Assembly: GCA_036011345.1 (NCBI GenBank)
Contig: DASCNF010000099.1
Location: forward strand, 4,835-28,834
From: Rhodospirillales bacterium
GTDB taxonomy: Bacteria > Pseudomonadota > Alphaproteobacteria > Rhodospirillales > JASLQF01
Length of the DNA stretch: 24,000 bases
Direction of reading: 5' to 3'
The notes below the pieces were generated by a model. It was not told the origin of the DNA. It saw only the letters and a program-made list of their open reading frames with translations, and searched no databases. A program made the translations under genes and the position numbers. Positions 1 through 7,529 of the stretch are shown piece by piece (within the stretch, counting starts at the first letter, position 1; each line of letters begins with the position of its first letter).

Positions 1-257
1 TGTTCGGCGCTGGCGTCGCTTTTGACGCGTATCTTGACGCGGACGTGGTGGAAGCCCTTGCGCACGTCCTCCGACAGCCCGAGGCCCCCGCGGGCATCAA
101 GATCGCCTTCCACTTCGGAATCAATGGCCTCGATTTTGATGCCGTTGATGGCGGCGTGATAGACGACGATCGTCGTCAGGCACCCGACCAGCGCATGAAG
201 GATGAACTCGACGGGATTCGGCACACTGTCGTTGCCGGCTAACGGAAGGGGCTCGTC
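1..257 (-). pseudogene. OsmC/Ohr-family (OsmC-like peroxiredoxin) gene fragment. It appears 5'-truncated, and its 3' end lies beyond the left window edge.
   Basis: Hand translation of the minus strand (codons 242-240, 239-237 and onward) gives ...YDEPLPLAGNDSVPNPVEFILHALVGCLTTIVVYHAAINGIKIEAIDSEVEGDLDARGGLGLSEDVRKGFHHVRVKIRVKSDASAE... This carries the OsmC-family core pattern DEP..L.G.D...PNPVE..LHAL.GC. It is absent from the ORF track because it runs off the edge. This frame has no ATG/GTG/TTG upstream of the motif out to about nt 530. The only candidate is an internal GTG at 224-222, so the usual roughly 60-70 aa N-terminal part seems to be missing. Confidence 0.55.
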
Positions 258-770
258 ATACGCAAGCGCTTGTCGGGACAGAAGGGCTGCCAGTGCCGCC
301 TCACCCCCACCGGCAAGGAGCTTGAACCCTTGATCGCGTAAACCGCCATCTGGGGCATGCGCTGGGCGCGCGGACAGATGACGGACGAGGAATTGGGCGT
401 CGATTTGCTCATGGCGGACATGCGCCGCCGCATCCAGACGGACATGCTGCCGGACGGGGAGACGGTGCTGTGTTTCACCTTCAGCAATCTCGACAAGTTC
501 AAGATATGGTGGCTGATTATCGACGGCAAGGACGTGGACCTGTGCTCGGACGATCACGGCAAGGACGTCGATCTTTATGTGACGACTACTCTGCGTATCA
601 TGACGGAAATCTGGGAAGGGGACCGCGACCTGTCGGCGGCCATGAATGAGGATCAGGTTATCACCATCGGCGCCCGCCACTTAATCCGCAATATGTCCGA
701 TTGGCTTGGGTTTAGCGCCTACAGGCACATCAGGCCAGCGACCGAAGAGGAACGCCGCGAATCTGTCTAG
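243..770 (+). pseudogene. HxlR-type winged-helix regulator remnant. It retains the wing and a C-terminal extension domain, lacks the N-terminal HTH, and is interrupted by an in-frame TAA at 339-341.
   Basis: Reading from 243 in the same frame as track ORF 357..770 gives RKGLVIRKRLSGQKGCQCRLTPTGKELEPLIA, then TAA, then TAIWGMRWARGQMTDEELGVDLLMADMRRRI... The pattern GLV.R...(Y).LT..G.ELEP.I...WG..W matches the end of the HxlR wHTH fold. The 137-aa tail (WWLI..G.VDLC, VDLYVTT.LR....W.G) resembles, from memory, the C-terminal extension of long HxlR-like regulators. The roughly 50-60 aa holding the recognition helix is not encoded upstream, because that DNA encodes the OsmC-like fragment on the other strand. 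Confidence 0.5.
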
Positions 771-864
771 CCGCACTCGTGTCGCTTAGTGCTCACCGAG
801 CGTTCGGGCTTTCCATCAATCCCTATTGCGAATTCCGAATACACGATCTAGGGCCGCGCTCAAC

Positions 865-3132
865 TCAATCGATCGCCGCGTGGGCGGCGAGAGCCGCCAT
901 GTTCACCATGTCGGATACGGTGGCCCCCATGGGCACGATCTGGGCCGGCTTCGAAAGCCCCGTCAGCATGGGCCCGACGGCAGTGGCGGTGCCCAGGATC
1001 TGCATCAGCTCGGACGAGATCGAGGCAGAGTTGAGCCCCGGCATAACCAGCACATTGGCCGGTCCCGACAGCCGGCAGAACGGGTAGACCCGGCCCATCA
1101 GCTCGTGATCAAGGGCGACGGCGGCGCTCATCTCGCCGTCGTACTCGAAGTCCGTATCAAGCTCGTCGAGGACGGCGACGGCGTCGCGCACCATCTGGGC
1201 GCGTTCCGGCAAGGGACGGCCGAAGTTGGAGAACGACAGCAGCGCCACCCTGGGCTCGTGGCCGAGCTGGCGGGCGCGGCGCGCCGACTGCTCGGCGATA
1301 TGGGCCAGCCGCTCGGAGCTGGGGATCGCGTGCATGGCGGTATCGGCGAGGAACACGGTGCGCCCGTGGGCGACCATCATGGTTAACCCGAAGACGTGCT
1401 CGCCGGGCCTCGGGTCGAGCACCTGGGTGATCTCGTCGAGGGCCACGTGGTAGTTGCGGGTGAGCCCGGTGACCATGGCGTCGGCGTCGCCGAGCGCCAC
1501 CATGCAGGCGGCGAAAACGTTGCGCTCCTGGCTGATCATGCGCTGGCAGTCACGCGCCAGCGCCCCTTTGCGCTGCATTCGCCCATACAGGAAGTCGATA
1601 TAGGCCTCGGGTTCCTCGCCGCGCCGGGTGCCATGGATTTCAAGGCCGTGGTCGGTGGGCAGGCCGAGTTCGGCCAGCGTCTTGGTGATGCGGTCCTCGC
1701 GCCCGATTAGCACCGGCACGCCGTAGCCGCCACCGCGGAAGGCGAGGGCGGCGCGGATGCTCTTTTCCTCCTCTCCCTCGGCGAAGACGACGTGCATGGG
1801 GTTGGAGCGCACCTGCTCGAGGATTACCTGAATGCTGGCCAAGGCTGGGTCGAGGCGCCCCGAGAGTTCAGCGCGGTAGGCGTCCATGTCGATGACGGGG
1901 CGCCGCGCCACGCCCGAATCCATGGCCGCCTGGGCTACCGCCGCGGGCACCGCCACGATGAGGCGTGGGTCGAAGGGCGCCGGGATGATGTAGTCGGGGC
2001 CGTAACGCAGGTGCGCGCCGGAATAGGCGGCGTCGACCTCGTCGGGCACGTCCTCGCGGGCCAGATCGGCGATGGCCTCGGCGGCGGCGATCTTCATGGC
2101 GTCGTTGATGGTCGAGGTGCGCACGTCCAGCGCCCCCCTGAAGATGTAAGGGAAGCCGAGAACGTTGTTGATCTGATTGGGATAGTCGGAGCGACCGGTG
2201 GCCATGATGCAGTCGGGGCGCGCCTTCTTGGCGTCCTCCCAGGTGATCTCCGGATCGGGGTTGGCCATGGCGAAGATGAGGGGCTTGTCGGCCATCGAGC
2301 GCGCCATGTCCTGGGAGACGGCGTCCTTCACCGAAAGCCCGATGAAGACGTCAGTGCCCTCCATGGCCTCGGCCAGGGTGCGCGCCGACGTCTCGACGGC
2401 GTGGGCCGACTTCCACTGGTTCATGCCCTTCTCGCGCCCCTCGTGGATGACACCATGGGAATCGCACATGATGACGTTGTTAGCGGGCAGGCCCATGCCC
2501 TTGAACAACTCGACGCAGGCGATTGCGGCAGCGCCGGCACCGTTGATCGTCATCTTGACCTCTTGGATGACCCGATCGGTCAACTGCAGCGCGTTGATCA
2601 ACGCCGCCGCCGTGATGATGGCGGTGCCGTGCTGGTCATCGTGGAAGACCGGGATATCCATGAGCTCGCGCAGACGCTGCTCGATGATGAAGCACTCCGG
2701 CGCTTTGATGTCCTCGAGGTTGATGCCGCCGAAGGCGGAGCCCAGGAAACGAACGCTGTTGACGAACTCGTCGACGTCCCTGGTGTCGACTTCCAGATCG
2801 ATGCCGTCGATGTCTGCGAAGCGCTTGAAGAGAACCGCTTTGCCCTCCATCACCGGCTTGGCGCCGAGCGCCCCCAGATCGCCGAGGCCGAGCACTGCCG
2901 TGCCGTTGGTCACCACCGCCACCAGGTTGCCCTTGGCCGTATAGTCGTAGGCGAGCGAGGGATCGCGGGCGATCTCCAGGCACGGCGCGGCGACGCCCGG
3001 CGAATAGGCCAGCGACAGGTCACGCTGGGTGGTCAGCGCTTTGGTGGCGCGGATCTCGTACTTGCCCGGGCGTCCCGTGGCGTGCATGCGCAGGGCATCG
3101 CGCTCCAGGTCGTCTTTGGAGTGGTCGTCCAT
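865..3132 (-). CDS. maeB: NADP-dependent malic enzyme (malic enzyme domain fused to a phosphotransacetylase-like C-terminal domain), 755 aa
   Basis: Track ORF 865..3333 is trimmed to the ATG at 3132 (MDDHSKDDLERDALRMHATGRPGKYEI...), which has GAGGA about 8 nt upstream. The 67 residues upstream are Pro/Ala/Thr-rich and overlap the neighbouring ORF. Malic-enzyme motifs are present: LSLAYSPGVAAPCLEI, VVTNGTAVLGLGDLGALGAKPVMEGKAVLFK and the Rossmann motif INGAGAAAIA. A long PTA-like C-terminal half follows, which is typical of MaeB/Tme. Confidence 0.95.
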   Translation of the reverse strand: MDDHSKDDLERDALRMHATGRPGKYEIRATKALTTQRDLSLAYSPGVAAPCLEIARDPSLAYDYTAKGNLVAVVTNGTAVLGLGDLGALGAKPVMEGKAVLFKRFADIDGIDLEVDTRDVDEFVNSVRFLGSAFGGINLEDIKAPECFIIEQRLRELMDIPVFHDDQHGTAIITAAALINALQLTDRVIQEVKMTINGAGAAAIACVELFKGMGLPANNVIMCDSHGVIHEGREKGMNQWKSAHAVETSARTLAEAMEGTDVFIGLSVKDAVSQDMARSMADKPLIFAMANPDPEITWEDAKKARPDCIMATGRSDYPNQINNVLGFPYIFRGALDVRTSTINDAMKIAAAEAIADLAREDVPDEVDAAYSGAHLRYGPDYIIPAPFDPRLIVAVPAAVAQAAMDSGVARRPVIDMDAYRAELSGRLDPALASIQVILEQVRSNPMHVVFAEGEEEKSIRAALAFRGGGYGVPVLIGREDRITKTLAELGLPTDHGLEIHGTRRGEEPEAYIDFLYGRMQRKGALARDCQRMISQERNVFAACMVALGDADAMVTGLTRNYHVALDEITQVLDPRPGEHVFGLTMMVAHGRTVFLADTAMHAIPSSERLAHIAEQSARRARQLGHEPRVALLSFSNFGRPLPERAQMVRDAVAVLDELDTDFEYDGEMSAAVALDHELMGRVYPFCRLSGPANVLVMPGLNSASISSELMQILGTATAVGPMLTGLSKPAQIVPMGATVSDMVNMAALAAHAAID

Positions 3133-3142
3133 GGTGTGTTCC

Positions 3143-3370
3143 TCAAGTGCGTTCGGCGGCGGACGAGTATTCGTGGACGTGGACGTTGGTGCCGCTGTTG
3201 GCGCGAAGGATGCCGCCGGCGGCGTCGAGGGATTCGTGGGAGCCCAGCACGCTGAGGTCGGTGTGCGCGAAGCCGGCCTCGGTAAGCCCGGCGACGGCGG
3301 CCTCGAAGCTGTCGCGGCCGGCGAAGAAGCCAACCACTTCGCGGACGGCTTTAACGTTTGCCTTGATCAT
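3143..3370 (-). CDS. Small hypothetical protein (75 aa) with a YflT / general-stress-17M-like N-terminal motif
   Basis: Track ORF 3143..3370. It starts at an ATG and has strongly GC-rich third codon positions, like the surrounding genes. VVGFFAGRDSFEAAVAGLTEAGFAHTDLSVLG resembles the YflT-type stress-protein domain pattern (VvG.F.....A..Av..L...Gf....iSvl). Its stop lies 10 nt before the maeB ATG, which suggests co-transcription. The ORF is short, so this call is uncertain. Confidence 0.4.
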   Translation of the reverse strand: MIKANVKAVREVVGFFAGRDSFEAAVAGLTEAGFAHTDLSVLGSHESLDAAGGILRANSGTNVHVHEYSSAAERT

Positions 3371-3502
3371 TTTCGCCTATTTCCCTGCATGGGCTGCATT
3401 TCACAGCATCTTGCCCAAGCGGCAAGGTGATTCATAGCCCCAAGCGCCGCGCTTGTGCTATGGTGCGCCCACGTCCGCGCAACTTAGACCGCCCGTTCCG
3501 TA

Positions 3503-6214
3503 TTGGCCCAGCCCCGCCCCGAGAACTCCCGCCAAACCGCCCCCTCCGCAGGCCCCGCCAAGGAGAAAACGGGCGTCACGCCGATGATGGCGCAGTACCT
3601 GACCATCAAGCGTCAGCACCCGGACGCCCTCTTGTTCTACCGCATGGGCGACTTCTACGAGATGTTCTTCGACGACGCGGTGGCGGCGGCGGGCGCCCTT
3701 TCCATTACCCTGACCAAACGGGGCAAGCACCTGGGTCGGGACATCCCCATGTGCGGGGTGCCCGTGCACAGCCATGAAAACTATCTGTCGCGCCTGATTT
3801 CACAAGGCTTCAAGGTGGCCGTCTGCGAACAGACCGAGGATCCGGCGACGGCCCGCAAGCGCGGAACAAAATCATTGGTCACCCGCGATGTTGTCCGCGT
3901 CATCACGCCGGGCACCCTGACCGAGGATACGCTCCTCGAGGCGCGCCGTAACAACTACCTCGCCGCCCTCGGCGAGGCGCAAGGGGAGCTCGGGCTCGCC
4001 TGGCTCGATATCTCCACCGGCGCCTTCCACCTACAACCATTGGACGGCAAGGACTTGGGCGCGGCGCTGGCGCGGCTCGACCCCGGCGAAGTGGTAGTTT
4101 CGGACCGCCTGATCGAGCGGCCCGAGCATTTCGAGTCGTTTCGCGACTGGAAGGACCGCCTGACGCCGCTGCCGGCCAGCCGCTTCGACAGCCGCAACGG
4201 CCAGCGCCGCCTGGAAGGTTTGTTCGAGGTCAAGACCCTGGAGGCCTTCGGCGCCTTCGGACGGGCCGAACTGGCGGCCGGTGGGGCGCTCGTCGATTAC
4301 GTGGCGCTCACCCAAAAAGGACGGTTGCCGCGCATTGGCCGGCCGCGGCGCATCGCCGCCGGCGCGGTCATGGAGATCGACGCCGCGACGCGGCGCAACC
4401 TGGAACTCGCCGAGGCCCTGGCGGGGGGTCGCCAGGGGAGCCTGCTCGGCGTCATCGACCGTACCGTGAGCGGCGCCGGGGCGCGCCTGCTGGCGGTTCG
4501 CCTGTCGGCGCCGCTGACCGATTGCGCGGCCATCGACGGGCGCCTCGACGAAGTTCAGTACTTCAACGACGGCGAGGCGCCGCGCCGCGCCGTGCGGGCG
4601 CTGCTGGCGTGTTGCCCGGACATCGAACGGGCGCTGTCGCGTCTCACCTTGGGGCGCGGCGGCCCGCGCGACTTGGCCGCCGTGCGCGACGGGCTGGCCC
4701 TCAGCGCCGAGGTGCGCCAGGCGCTGGCCGGCTCCGTGCCGCCGCCGCCGGAGGGTATCGCGGCGGCTATGGCTGACCTCGGCCATCACGGCGAAATCGT
4801 CGAGCGCCTGGGCCGCGCCCTTGGCGCCGAGCTGCCCCTTTATGCCCGCGACGGCGGCTTCATCGCGCCCGGCTACACACTCCAGCTCGACGAGCTGCGC
4901 ACCCTGCGCGACGAAAGCAGGCGCTTGATCGCCGGGCTACAAAGCCGTTACGCTACCGAGACGAAAATCCAAAACCTAAAAATCCGCCACAATAAAGTGC
5001 TCGGCTACTTCGTCGAGGTGCCGGCCAAGCAGGCGCCACGCATGCCCACCGGTGCCGACGCCCCCTTTGTCCACCGCCAGACCATGGCCAACGCCGTGCG
5101 CTACACCACCGTCGAGCTCGGCGAACTGGAGGGGCGCATCGGGCGCGCCGCCGACCAGGCATTGGCCCTCGAGATCGAGCTTTTCGAGGACCTGGTCGGC
5201 GAGGTGGCGGGCCACGTCGAAGGCATCGCCGAGGCGGCGGCCACACTGGCCGCTCTCGACGTGGCGGCGGCCCTGGCCGAGCTGGCACGGGAGCGCCGTT
5301 ATTGCCGGCCCGTCGTCGACGACAGCTTGGAATTGCATGTCGAAGGGGGACGTCACGCGGTCGTCGAGGCGGCGCTGGAAGAAAGCGGGGAAGGTCCGTT
5401 CGTCGCCAACGACTGCGCTCTCAGCGGCGCCGCCGAGGGGTGCCGCGTATGGTTGCTGACCGGCCCCAACATGGCGGGAAAGAGCACGTTCCTACGCCAG
5501 AACTCGCTCATCGCGGTGCTCGCCCAGATGGGCGCCTTTGTGCCCGCCGCGGCGGCGCGTCTCGGCGTCGTAGACCGGCTCTTCTCGCGCGTCGGCGCCG
5601 TCGACGACTTGGCGCGGGGGCGCTCCACCTTTATGGTGGAGATGGTGGAAACCGCCACCATCCTCCATCAGGCGGGGCCGAGGGCGTTGGTCATTCTCGA
5701 CGAGATCGGGCGCGGCACGGCCACTTTCGACGGCCTGTCGATCGCCTGGGCGGTGGTCGAGCACCTGCACGAGGTGGGGTGCTGCCGCACCCTCTTCGCC
5801 ACCCACTACCACGAGCTGACGGCCCTGGCCGCCAAGCTTGCGGGGCTCGAGTGCTACAGCATGCGCGTCAAGGAATGGCAGGGTGACGTGGTGTTTCTAC
5901 ACGAGGTGGGGCGGGGCGCCGCCGAACGCTCGTACGGCATTCACGTGGGTAGGCTGGCCGGCCTGCCGGCCGCCGTCATCGGGCGCGCCGAGGAGGTGCT
6001 GGCCAGCCTCGAGAAGGGCAGCCAATCCTCGGCCCTCACCCGCCTCGCCGACGATCTGCCATTGTTTTCGGCCGCCGCCGCCGCCGGACGGGAAGACGCG
6101 ACGGCCGAACCTTCGCCGTTCGCCGAGGCGCTGAGGGAGATCGACGCCGACGGACTCACGCCGAAAGAGGCTTTGGAGCTGATTTACAGGCTGAAAGGCA
6201 TGCTCGATGATTGA
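3503..6214 (+). CDS. mutS: DNA mismatch repair protein MutS
   Basis: Track ORF 3503..6214. Motifs: [34 protein letters not shown] (mismatch-binding domain), Walker [27 protein letters not shown] and ATHYHELT. The start is ambiguous. TTG 3503 keeps the conserved T-P before MM. ATG 3584 is the alternative, but the AAGGAG at 3560-3565 is 18 nt upstream of it, which is long for an SD. Confidence 0.93.
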   Translation: MAQPRPENSRQTAPSAGPAKEKTGVTPMMAQYLTIKRQHPDALLFYRMGDFYEMFFDDAVAAAGALSITLTKRGKHLGRDIPMCGVPVHSHENYLSRLISQGFKVAVCEQTEDPATARKRGTKSLVTRDVVRVITPGTLTEDTLLEARRNNYLAALGEAQGELGLAWLDISTGAFHLQPLDGKDLGAALARLDPGEVVVSDRLIERPEHFESFRDWKDRLTPLPASRFDSRNGQRRLEGLFEVKTLEAFGAFGRAELAAGGALVDYVALTQKGRLPRIGRPRRIAAGAVMEIDAATRRNLELAEALAGGRQGSLLGVIDRTVSGAGARLLAVRLSAPLTDCAAIDGRLDEVQYFNDGEAPRRAVRALLACCPDIERALSRLTLGRGGPRDLAAVRDGLALSAEVRQALAGSVPPPPEGIAAAMADLGHHGEIVERLGRALGAELPLYARDGGFIAPGYTLQLDELRTLRDESRRLIAGLQSRYATETKIQNLKIRHNKVLGYFVEVPAKQAPRMPTGADAPFVHRQTMANAVRYTTVELGELEGRIGRAADQALALEIELFEDLVGEVAGHVEGIAEAAATLAALDVAAALAELARERRYCRPVVDDSLELHVEGGRHAVVEAALEESGEGPFVANDCALSGAAEGCRVWLLTGPNMAGKSTFLRQNSLIAVLAQMGAFVPAAAARLGVVDRLFSRVGAVDDLARGRSTFMVEMVETATILHQAGPRALVILDEIGRGTATFDGLSIAWAVVEHLHEVGCCRTLFATHYHELTALAAKLAGLECYSMRVKEWQGDVVFLHEVGRGAAERSYGIHVGRLAGLPAAVIGRAEEVLASLEKGSQSSALTRLADDLPLFSAAAAAGREDATAEPSPFAEALREIDADGLTPKEALELIYRLKGMLDD

Positions 6215-6329
6215 TTATGACTCGGTATCGTTATTTTTTTGTTTCGCTATCGTTATGACAACCAAGACGTTACGACAACCAAGACAACGTCGTTTCGCGC
6301 CCTCGGTGCTGCCTTGCCTGGAGACAGCA

Positions 6330-7337
6330 TCAAGCGCCGGTTTCCAGCACCGCGGCACCGCTGATACGCCCCTCGCGCAGGTCAGAAAGCGCTTGGTTCG
6401 CGTCCTCTAGGGCATAGGGCACCACCGTCGTTACCACCGGGACCCGGGGCGCCAGGGCGAGGAATTCCTCGCTGTCGCGGCGGGTTAGGTTAGCTACCGA
6501 AACAATCTCCCGTTCGCCCCACAGAATGTCATAGGGGAAGCTCGGGATGTCGCTCATGTGGATGCCGGCGCACACCACGCGTCCGCCCGGCGCCACCGCC
6601 CGCAAGGCGGCCGGCACCAGGGCACCGACCGGGGCGAAGATGATCGCTGCGTCGAGGGGCTCGGGCGGCGCCGCGTCGGAGGGGCCGGCCCACGAAGCAC
6701 CCAGGGCGCGGGCGAAATTCTCGGCCTTTTCGTCGCCGGGCCGGGTGAAGGCGAATACCTGGCGCCCCTCGAAGCGGGCTAGTTGGGCGACGATGTGGGC
6801 GGCGCCGCCGAAGCCGTAGATGCCAAGCCGCGCCGGGTCGCCGGCGCGCCGCAAGGAGCGATACCCGATGAGCCCGGCGCATAACAGCGGTGCCGCCTGC
6901 ACGGCGCCGTAATCGCCGGAAACCAGGAAGCAGTAACGTTGGTCGGCGAGCGCGTAGTCGGCGTAGCCGCCGTCGATCTGATAGCCGGTGAAGCGGGCCC
7001 GTCGGCACAGGTTCTCCTGGTCCGTCCGGCAGTACCGGCACTTCCCGCAGGTGTAGCCGAGCCACGGGATGCCGACGCGCTGGCCGGGTGCGAAGCGCTC
7101 GACCCCCTTTCCCACCTCGGCCACCGTGCCCACCACCTCGTGGCCGGGGACGATGGGAAGCTTGGGCTCCGTGAGCTCGCCGTCGATCACGTGGAGGTCG
7201 GTACGGCACACCCCGCAGGCGTGGACGCGCATCAGGACCTGGCCGTCGCCGGGCACGGGCCGCGCCATTGAACGCAGCCGCAACGGCTCGCCAGCGGCAT
7301 CTAGCACCATGGCGCGCATGAGCTCGGCCGTGCTCAT
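6330..7337 (-). CDS. Zinc-dependent alcohol dehydrogenase family protein (MDR superfamily), 335 aa
   Basis: Track ORF 6330..7481 is trimmed to the ATG at 7337 (MSTAELMRAMVLDAAG...), with AGGAGG about 7 nt upstream. Motifs: catalytic Zn motif CGVCRTDLHVIDGE...GHEVVGTVAEVG, structural-Zn cysteine cluster CGKCRYCRTDQENLC, and a GxGxxA-type nucleotide fold IYGFGGAAH. Confidence 0.9.
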   Translation of the reverse strand: MSTAELMRAMVLDAAGEPLRLRSMARPVPGDGQVLMRVHACGVCRTDLHVIDGELTEPKLPIVPGHEVVGTVAEVGKGVERFAPGQRVGIPWLGYTCGKCRYCRTDQENLCRRARFTGYQIDGGYADYALADQRYCFLVSGDYGAVQAAPLLCAGLIGYRSLRRAGDPARLGIYGFGGAAHIVAQLARFEGRQVFAFTRPGDEKAENFARALGASWAGPSDAAPPEPLDAAIIFAPVGALVPAALRAVAPGGRVVCAGIHMSDIPSFPYDILWGEREIVSVANLTRRDSEEFLALAPRVPVVTTVVPYALEDANQALSDLREGRISGAAVLETGA

Positions 7338-7529
7338 GGAGGCTCCTCCTTGCTTGGTCTTGGACCTGGGTCTTGGGAACGCCTTGGCGCGCCGGTTCGA
7401 ATTCTCCCCCGTCGGCGCCCCGTCGGCAACACACGAAACGCCCGCGGCGGGCCATTGGGCAAAAGATGGTGTGCAGGGCACCTCCCCGCCTTTATCCTGT
7501 GGCGCGGCACAGGAGGTTCAGGGCAGGCC

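Noticed and set aside
45-242. Plus-strand ORF (65 aa) whose tail ...QRMKDELDGIRHTVVAG superficially resembles the HxlR helix (..QRLKELEEDGIV.R.V), lies in the same frame as the downstream HxlR remnant, and would extend that gene.
   Set aside because: The opposite strand of the same nucleotides encodes a much stronger and longer OsmC-family match (PNPVEFILHALVGCLTT...). The plus-frame resemblance is short and ends in a TAA at 240-242. I treat it as an antisense coincidence.
1792-3255. Long antisense ORFs opposite real genes: 1792..3255 (+), 4031..4789 (-), 6529..7455 (-), 7518..8264 (-), 14272..15558 (+), 15798..16889 (-), 17985..19079 (-), 19808..21301 (-) and 22318..23487 (-).
   Set aside because: These are typical shadow ORFs of GC-rich DNA. 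They have Arg/Gly/Pro/Ala-rich low-complexity translations, contain no recognisable motifs, and each fully overlaps a gene with clear family signatures on the other strand.
7385-7399. A sigma54-like -24/-12 element, TGGCGC-N5-TTCG, upstream of glnD.
   Set aside because: The -12 element lacks the conserved GC dinucleotide (TTGC), and the -24 element deviates from TGGCAC. This is not enough to support a call.
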